Shown: one piece after another, positions 5,166 to 11,632 of the stretch
Layout of the letters: every line of letters begins with the position of its first letter
How positions within the stretch are numbered: the first letter of the stretch is position 1
Source: Promethearchaeota archaeon
Lineage (GTDB): Archaea; Asgardarchaeota; Hermodarchaeia; Hermodarchaeales; Hermodarchaeaceae
Assembly (NCBI GenBank): GCA_048938295.1
Contig: JBHLMI010000047.1
Span: 1-11,632 of the forward strand
Direction: 5' to 3'
DNA length: 11,632 nucleotides
The notes under the pieces: generated by a model
What the model was told of the DNA's origin: nothing
The model's database searches: none
What the model saw: only the letters and a program-made list of their open reading frames with translations
Program-made: the position numbers and the translations under genes

Positions 5166-5412
5166 CGTTTGTACATTGTCGGCGTAACTTCGCAGACGGT
5201 CTGCTTCGCTGGAGCGACGGCTGGTTTGGCGCCGCATGTTTCTGCCCGGGCAAAATTACTATTGAGACAATGTTCCCGTTCTGCTTCATAGACACAGGGT
5301 TCCACGTTTCTCATGCGGACTATAGCTATATGGGCTCATGGAAGCATGGTGCCGTCTGGTGAGGGTAAGAATCCTGTCATATATTGGGCAGATTCGTCTC
5401 TGAGGGTAGAAT

Positions 5413-8400
5413 ATGGCACTTTCGACTGAAGACCGTTGGGCAGTTATGAAATCCTTCTTTCTCTCGAAGGGTTTAGTCCGGCAGCACCTGGACTCGTACA
5501 ATCACTTTGTTGAGCGGCGGATTCAACAGATTGTAAGTGATGTTGGAAAGGTCGAGCCCGATATTCCGAACTATTATGTGCGCCTTGGACGTGTTGAGGT
5601 TCAAAATCCTTCCGTACGTGAGGCGGACGGGTCGGTCCGTAATATCGCCCCTGCGGAAGCGCGGATTCGAAACCTCACCTATTCTTCTCCCATTTACTTA
5701 GAAATGACTCCCGTATATCGGGATGAGAAAACCGGGATGGAGTATGATGAAGAAACAATTAGTGTGTATGTGGGCCGGCTTCCCATTATGCTCAAATCTG
5801 CGTTTTGCCGGCTCTCGGCAATGACGCCGGAAGAACTCGTTGAAGCCGGTGAAGATCCAAATGATCCTGGTGGCTATTTCATCATTAACGGGTCAGAGCG
5901 CGTGCTTGTCACACAGGAAGATCTTGCGCCTAACCGCATCCTCATCGAAGAAGCGACGAGTAGCAGCTCGTGTACACACATGGCCAAGGTGTTCTCAACC
6001 GCCCGAGGATTTCGAGCCCCCGTGACCATGGAGCGACGGGCTGATCATACGTTTCGCGTATCATTTCCATCAGTACCAGGAAAAATTCCTTTAGTCGTTC
6101 TGATGCGGGCCCTGGGCCTGGTTACCGATCGCGAAATCGTTTCGGCAATCACTGACGACGCAACACTCGCGCAAGAACTAATTCCTAGTTTTCATGCAGC
6201 GGAATCATTAGTAGCTCCGAAGGACCCCCAAACCACTCGTGAAAATGCCTTGGATTATATTGGTAAACGGGTTGCCGTTGGTCAAACAAAGGATTACCGT
6301 CTCCGCCGAGCCGAACAGGTGCTCAACCGCTACCTGCTACCTCACGTAGGGACAGATACAGGGTCTGCAGTGAGTAAGGCCCATTATGTTGGTCAAATGA
6401 CCCAGCGCCTTCTTGAACTCAGCGTCAATCGACGAAATCAAGATGACAAGGATCACTATGCGAATAAACGGCTCAAACTTGCTGGAGACTTGTTGACTAG
6501 TCTGTTTCGAGTAGCATTCCTCAATCTTTGTCGCGACATCAAATACCAGCTTGAACGCACCGCCACGCGAGGCCGCAAACCAAACATCAAAACCGCCGTA
6601 CGAGCCGACGTGATTACCGAAAGGCTGCGCCATGCCCTTGCCACAGGAAACTGGGTTGGGGGAAAGGCAGGAGTGAGTCAGCTACTTGATCGCGTCAACT
6701 ACATGTCGTCAATAAGTCACCTTCGCCGCGTGGTATCACCTCTCAGTCGCAGCCAACCACACTTCGAAGCCCGAGACCTACATCCAACCCATTGGGGCAA
6801 AATTTGTCCAAATGAGACGCCTGAAGGTCCCAACTGTGGACTTGTAAAGAATCTCGCTTTAATGTCATACATCTCAGTGGGTTCTGATGAAGCCGAAGTG
6901 GAAGAAGCTCTCTTAACCCTTAAAGTCCAACCTATCGATGCTAAAGCCGACACGGCTAAGAAGGGTGCCTACGTTTATCTAAATGGTCGATTTGTCGGCA
7001 ACCATACACAACCCGAATTATTAGTTACTCGCCTTCGTGATCGTCGCCAGCGGAACGAGCTCAGCGATCAAGTAAACGTCGCCTTCTATCCCGACACCAA
7101 TGAGGTGGAAATCAACTCTGACGCGGGACGCGTTCGTCGTCCCCTTATCATCGTCAAAGATGGCGCTCCGCTTCTGGAAAAGCAACATATAGAGCGCGTA
7201 CGGAATCGTGAGATATCTTGGGATGACTTGGTGAAAGCAGGGATAATCGAATATCTTGATGCAGAAGAAGAAGAAAACACTCTCATTGCCATGAACCTTG
7301 AGGATATAACGCCAGAACACACTCATCTCGAAATTGTCCCTGAAACGATTTTAGGCATTTGTGCAAGCCTTGTCCCCTTTGCTGAACACAACCAATCCCC
7401 ACGCAACACTTACGAAGCAGGCATGGCCAAACAAGCTCTCGGTCTCTATTCAGCGAACTTCGGCCTCCGAGTGGACACACGCAGTCACATTCTGCATTAT
7501 GTTCAAAGCCCCATTGTCACAACACGACCCATGGAAGTAATTGGGTATCATCGACGCCCTGCAGGACAAAACTTCATTGTAGCCATTCACTCCTTCCAAG
7601 GCTACAACATCGAAGATGCCCTAGTGCTCAACAAAGCTTCTATTGAACGGGGTATTGCCCGATCTTCATTCTTCCGAAGCTATGACGCCGAGGAACGCAA
7701 GTATCCGGGTGGCCAAGAAGACAAATTCGAAATTCCCAGCCGCGAAGTGCGTGGATACCGAGCATCAGAAGCCTATCGACTGCTCAGTGAAGACGGTGTC
7801 ATCGAACCTGAATTCCAAGTTGCTGGCGATGAAATCCTCATCGGGCGAACCAGTCCCCCACGGTTCTTAGAAGAATACACCGAACTTGAAGTCCCTGGAC
7901 CCAAGCGCCGCGAAACATCAATCAGCCTCCGTCACGGAGAAGAAGGTACAATCGATAAAGTGCTCATAACAGAAACGATTGACGGAAACCGCCTGGTCAA
8001 AGTAAAAGTCAGGGATGAACGCATACCCGAATTAGGCGATAAATTTGCAAGTCGCCATGGACAAAAAGGTGTCATTGGACTCCTCGCCCCACAAGAAGAC
8101 ATGCCTTTCACCGAATCAGGAATCGTACCCGACCTCGTAGTCAATGCTCATGCCTTCCCCAGCCGCATGACCCTCGGACAAATCCTTGAATCTATGGGCG
8201 GCAAAATCGGCTGCTTACAAGGCAAACCAATCGACGGCACTCCGTTCTCTGGAAAGAAGCTAGATCAAATGTTCCGTGATCTCCACAATCTTGGCTTCAA
8301 ATATAGCGGGCGAGAAACGATGTATAACGGAGTGACAGGTCACAAATATGACGTTGACCTATTCGTCGGTGTGGTTTACTATCAGAAACTCCACCATCTT

Positions 8401-8775
8401 GTTGCAGATAAGATGCATGCACGTGCCCGAGGCCCAGTGCAAATTCTGACACGCCAGCCCACCGAAGGCCGAGCACGAGAGGGTGGACTGCGCTTCGGTG
8501 AAATGGAGCGAGACTGCTTAATTGGCCACGGAGCAGCACTACTACTCCGCGAACGACTATTAGAAGAATCTGACAAATACACAGCGATGGTTTGTGAAGA
8601 ATGTGGTATGCTAGCCGAATATGATCGAAATCGTGATCGGTTCCGATGCCGTGTCTGTGCACCTAAAACAACCACAATTAGCCGAGTTGAAATGTCCTAT
8701 GCATTCAAACTCGTCATACAAGAGCTAATATCACTTGGTATATGGCCTCGACTGAAATTAACTGACAGAACATGA
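5413..8775 (+). CDS. rpoB: DNA-directed RNA polymerase subunit B (Rpo2, undivided)
   Basis: 1120 aa; GGYFIINGSE, RDLHPTHWGKICPNETPEGPNCGLVKNL, GDKFASRHGQKG, RFGEMERDC and a C-terminal Zn finger. Confidence 0.99.
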   Translation: MALSTEDRWAVMKSFFLSKGLVRQHLDSYNHFVERRIQQIVSDVGKVEPDIPNYYVRLGRVEVQNPSVREADGSVRNIAPAEARIRNLTYSSPIYLEMTPVYRDEKTGMEYDEETISVYVGRLPIMLKSAFCRLSAMTPEELVEAGEDPNDPGGYFIINGSERVLVTQEDLAPNRILIEEATSSSSCTHMAKVFSTARGFRAPVTMERRADHTFRVSFPSVPGKIPLVVLMRALGLVTDREIVSAITDDATLAQELIPSFHAAESLVAPKDPQTTRENALDYIGKRVAVGQTKDYRLRRAEQVLNRYLLPHVGTDTGSAVSKAHYVGQMTQRLLELSVNRRNQDDKDHYANKRLKLAGDLLTSLFRVAFLNLCRDIKYQLERTATRGRKPNIKTAVRADVITERLRHALATGNWVGGKAGVSQLLDRVNYMSSISHLRRVVSPLSRSQPHFEARDLHPTHWGKICPNETPEGPNCGLVKNLALMSYISVGSDEAEVEEALLTLKVQPIDAKADTAKKGAYVYLNGRFVGNHTQPELLVTRLRDRRQRNELSDQVNVAFYPDTNEVEINSDAGRVRRPLIIVKDGAPLLEKQHIERVRNREISWDDLVKAGIIEYLDAEEEENTLIAMNLEDITPEHTHLEIVPETILGICASLVPFAEHNQSPRNTYEAGMAKQALGLYSANFGLRVDTRSHILHYVQSPIVTTRPMEVIGYHRRPAGQNFIVAIHSFQGYNIEDALVLNKASIERGIARSSFFRSYDAEERKYPGGQEDKFEIPSREVRGYRASEAYRLLSEDGVIEPEFQVAGDEILIGRTSPPRFLEEYTELEVPGPKRRETSISLRHGEEGTIDKVLITETIDGNRLVKVKVRDERIPELGDKFASRHGQKGVIGLLAPQEDMPFTESGIVPDLVVNAHAFPSRMTLGQILESMGGKIGCLQGKPIDGTPFSGKKLDQMFRDLHNLGFKYSGRETMYNGVTGHKYDVDLFVGVVYYQKLHHLVADKMHARARGPVQILTRQPTEGRAREGGLRFGEMERDCLIGHGAALLLRERLLEESDKYTAMVCEECGMLAEYDRNRDRFRCRVCAPKTTTISRVEMSYAFKLVIQELISLGIWPRLKLTDRT

Positions 8776-8797
8776 TAATGAAAAGAGGAAAAAAACA

Positions 8798-11446
8798 ATG
8801 TCACACCCCCTCAAACAGATTGGAAGCGTCTGGTTCGGACTACTCTCCCCTGAAATAATTCGTAAAATGAGTGTAACACAGGTTATTACAGCTGACACCT
8901 ATGACGAAGACGGCCTTCCCATTTCCTCTGGACTGATGGACCCCAAACTAGGCACCATTGAACCCGGTCAGCGCTGCAAATCCTGTGGAAACCGAGTCGG
9001 CGAATGTCCTGGTCACTTTGGCCACATTGAACTGGCTCGTCCTGTCGTGCACGTCAGCTTCGCGAAGGAGATTAAGAAATTCCTCAAGGCACTCTGTAGA
9101 CGCTGTGCTCGATTAAAACTAAAAGAGGAATCTCGACAAACACTCAAAGAACGAATTGATACGTACTATGAAAAATACGGTCATTTAGACCAAGTTCTCG
9201 CTGATGAAGTCCTAAAAGAAGCTGGAAAAGCCACCACATGCCCCCACTGCGAGGCAGAACAATACAAAATCAAGTTCGAAAAACCTACAACCTTCTACGA
9301 AGAGAAGATGGAAGGCAGTGTCCGCCTTACACCTACTGATATTCGCGACCGACTAGAACGAATCACACCTGAAGATGCCTACCTCATGGGCATCGACACC
9401 CGTGTCTCCAAGGCTGAATGGATGATTCTCACCGTCCAACCTGTACCTCCAGTAGCAGTTCGTCCATCCATCACATTAGAATCTGGTGTAAAATCAGAAG
9501 ATGACCTTACCCACAAGCTTGTGGATGTCATCCGAATTAATCAACGACTCCGAGAAAACATCGAAGCTGGTGCACCACAACTGATTGTGGAAGACCTTTG
9601 GGAGCTGCTTCAATATCATATAACTACTTATTTCAATAATGAAGTTTCTGGCATTCCACCAGCGCGCCATCGATCCGGTCGTGCCTTACGAACATTAGCC
9701 CAACGATTAAAAGGAAAGGAAGGGCGATTCCGAAGCAATCTTTCTGGAAAACGTGTCGACTTTTCTGCTCGAACAGTGATTTCGCCTGATCCTAACCTCT
9801 CCATCAACGAAGTAGGCGTTCCTTTAGAAATTGCCAAAACCCTAACGGTTCCTGAACGGGTCACCGAATGGAATATCGAAGATATGCGGGAACTCGTCCT
9901 TAAGGGTCCTCAGGGCTACCCAGGCTGTAATTATGTTGTACGCCCTGATGGGAAACGCATTGATCTACGCTATGTAAAAGATCGGAAGACTAACGCCGAT
10001 GGATTAGCCCCTGGCTACGTGATTGAAAGACACCTTCGGTCAGGGGATATTGTCCTCTTCAACCGTCAACCGTCACTTCACCGTATGTCTATCATGGCCC
10101 ATGAAGTGAAGGTAATGAAATACCGTACATTCCGGCTCCACCTTGTTGTCTGCCCGCCGTATAACGCAGATTTCGATGGCGACGAAATGAATCTCCACGT
10201 CCCCCAAAGCGAAGAAGCTCGAGCTGAAGCACGAATTCTCATGCTTGTTCAAGAACAGATTCTTAGCCCCCGTTATGGTGGTCCTATAATCGGCGGAATT
10301 CAAGACTACATCTCTTCCGCGTTCTTACTTACGCGAAAAGGCTCAATATTCAATAAACGCCAAACCTGCCAACTTTTAGCCTCAGCTGGCTACCGAGAAG
10401 ACCTTCCACCACCCACCATCAAAGAGCCCGAACCAATGTGGACCGGGAAACAAATCTTTAGCATGCTGCTGCCAAAGGGTCTGAACCTATCCTTGAAAGC
10501 CCGAATTTGCCAGAAATGCGATAAGTGCCAAAAAGAAAGGTGCCCATATGATGCCTATGTGCTCATTCGTGACGGTCAGCTCCTAACCGGTGTAATTGAT
10601 AAGAAGGCCATTGGAGCTGCACAACCCGAAAGTGTTCTACACAGAATTGCAAAAGACTATGGAAACTCTGCAGCTCGAAGATTTCTCGACGCGCTCTGTC
10701 CCCTACTTGTTGTACTCATCACCAACATGGGCTTTAGCATGGGAATTGATGATGTCATTCTCACACCAACTGCCATACGGCAAATTGAACAGATTCTCAA
10801 AGACGCAGAAGCAGAAGGAAGCCAGTTAGTTCAAATCTATGAAGCAGATCAACTTCAGCGGCTTCCAGGTCGTTCAATTGAGGAAACCTTCGAAATGAAA
10901 ATGATTGAGATTCTTGCTCGTGCACGTGACGAAGCTGGCGAAGTGGCGGCACAACAACTCGGACTTGATAAGCATGCGGTAATAATGACTGGTACAGGTG
11001 CGAAAGGTAACCCCCTTAACTTGGCACAAATGGCCGCCAGCGTTGGGCAACAAGCGGTCCGTGGTCAACGCATCTCTCGAGGGTATCGGAGACGAACACT
11101 CCCCCACTTTGTTCAAGGCGATTTGTCTCCACAGGCTCGAGGATTTGTGGTTGCCAGTTATCGAAAAGGATTGAATCCTATCGAATTCTTCTTCCATGCA
11201 ATGGGAGGCCGAGAAGGCTTAGTTGATACTGCTGTTCGAACCAGCACTAGTGGGTATATGCAACGCCGGCTCATCAACGCACTCCAAGACATCAAAGTCG
11301 AATACGATGGTACCGTACGAAATTCAAACGGAGAAATCATCCAATTCAAATATGGCGAAGATGGAGTCGACCCCGCTCGAAGCGATCATGGCAAGGCAGT
11401 AAACCTTGACGTAATCATTGAACGCGTCTTAAGCCAAGAGAAGTGA
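8798..11446 (+). CDS. rpoA1: DNA-directed RNA polymerase subunit A' (Rpo1N)
   Basis: 882 aa; CPGHFGHIEL, GKRVDFSARTVISPD, catalytic NADFDGDEMN, bridge helix DTAVRTSTSGYMQRRL. Confidence 0.99.
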   Translation: MSHPLKQIGSVWFGLLSPEIIRKMSVTQVITADTYDEDGLPISSGLMDPKLGTIEPGQRCKSCGNRVGECPGHFGHIELARPVVHVSFAKEIKKFLKALCRRCARLKLKEESRQTLKERIDTYYEKYGHLDQVLADEVLKEAGKATTCPHCEAEQYKIKFEKPTTFYEEKMEGSVRLTPTDIRDRLERITPEDAYLMGIDTRVSKAEWMILTVQPVPPVAVRPSITLESGVKSEDDLTHKLVDVIRINQRLRENIEAGAPQLIVEDLWELLQYHITTYFNNEVSGIPPARHRSGRALRTLAQRLKGKEGRFRSNLSGKRVDFSARTVISPDPNLSINEVGVPLEIAKTLTVPERVTEWNIEDMRELVLKGPQGYPGCNYVVRPDGKRIDLRYVKDRKTNADGLAPGYVIERHLRSGDIVLFNRQPSLHRMSIMAHEVKVMKYRTFRLHLVVCPPYNADFDGDEMNLHVPQSEEARAEARILMLVQEQILSPRYGGPIIGGIQDYISSAFLLTRKGSIFNKRQTCQLLASAGYREDLPPPTIKEPEPMWTGKQIFSMLLPKGLNLSLKARICQKCDKCQKERCPYDAYVLIRDGQLLTGVIDKKAIGAAQPESVLHRIAKDYGNSAARRFLDALCPLLVVLITNMGFSMGIDDVILTPTAIRQIEQILKDAEAEGSQLVQIYEADQLQRLPGRSIEETFEMKMIEILARARDEAGEVAAQQLGLDKHAVIMTGTGAKGNPLNLAQMAASVGQQAVRGQRISRGYRRRTLPHFVQGDLSPQARGFVVASYRKGLNPIEFFFHAMGGREGLVDTAVRTSTSGYMQRRLINALQDIKVEYDGTVRNSNGEIIQFKYGEDGVDPARSDHGKAVNLDVIIERVLSQEK

Positions 11447-11452
11447 TTCAAA

Positions 11453-11632
11453 ATGGCCAAATCAACACAAGCAACTAAAAAGATGATTGATAGTAAGCTA
11501 GTTACCCTTCGAAAACGTGAAAAAATTCCTCCCTTGGTGTTAGACGGGCTACGCGAACGTCTTCTCGAACAGAAAATTAACACAAAACAACTTAGCACAA
11601 TTATCAAAGAAGTCGAAGCTGCATACGACAAC
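11453..11632 (+). CDS. rpoA2: DNA-directed RNA polymerase subunit A'' (Rpo1C), N-terminal 60 aa, truncated by window end
   Basis: ATG 6 nt after the rpoA1 stop; open frame MAKSTQATKKMIDSKL...IPPLVLDGLRERL...IIKEVEAAYDN matches the helical A'' N-terminus and conserved operon order. Not in the ORF track. Confidence 0.88.
   Translation, partial: MAKSTQATKKMIDSKLVTLRKREKIPPLVLDGLRERLLEQKINTKQLSTIIKEVEAAYDN

Noticed and set aside
5096-5362. 88-aa plus-strand ORF as rpoH or a novel small protein
   Set aside because: It has no Rpo5 motifs, an atypical Trp/Cys/Phe-rich composition, and overlaps the putative promoter. Probably spurious, though a leader peptide cannot be excluded without ribosome profiling.
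10490-10560. Cys cluster CQKCDKCQKERC in RpoA'
   Set aside because: This is a metal-binding segment commonly present in archaeal A' subunits, not a novel insertion.
1-11632. CRISPR arrays, rRNA genes, inteins, tandem repeats
   Set aside because: No periodic repeats or rRNA/intein signatures were seen. The other short ORFs overlapping rpiA, endA, Nudix, rpoB and rpoA1 are shadows of those genes.

Overview
Archaeal core-genome window. An undivided rpoB, split rpoA'/rpoA'' and BHB-type tRNA introns point to a TACK/Asgard-type lineage, which cannot be fixed from sequence alone. In order: an unassigned structured RNA candidate cut by the left edge; a solo TnpB (IS200/IS605-like) with an apparently rearranged RuvC site and a right-end/omegaRNA hairpin; five CCA-encoding tRNA genes carrying seven introns in total (Met-CAU with three, Thr-GGU none, Arg-CCU two, Tyr-GUA one, Asp-GUC one), interleaved with rpiA, a non-catalytic-type tRNA splicing endonuclease subunit and a HycI-like protease; a Nudix hydrolase; and the RNA polymerase operon rpoB-rpoA1-rpoA2 (partial), with no recognisable rpoH in its usual slot upstream of rpoB. 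The most unusual element is the triple-intron tRNA-Met: overlapping BHB motifs that imply ordered splicing, a decoy Thr(UGU) anticodon loop, and an A54/G60 T-loop otherwise typical of some eukaryotic tRNAs. All RNA structures were folded by hand, not computed.
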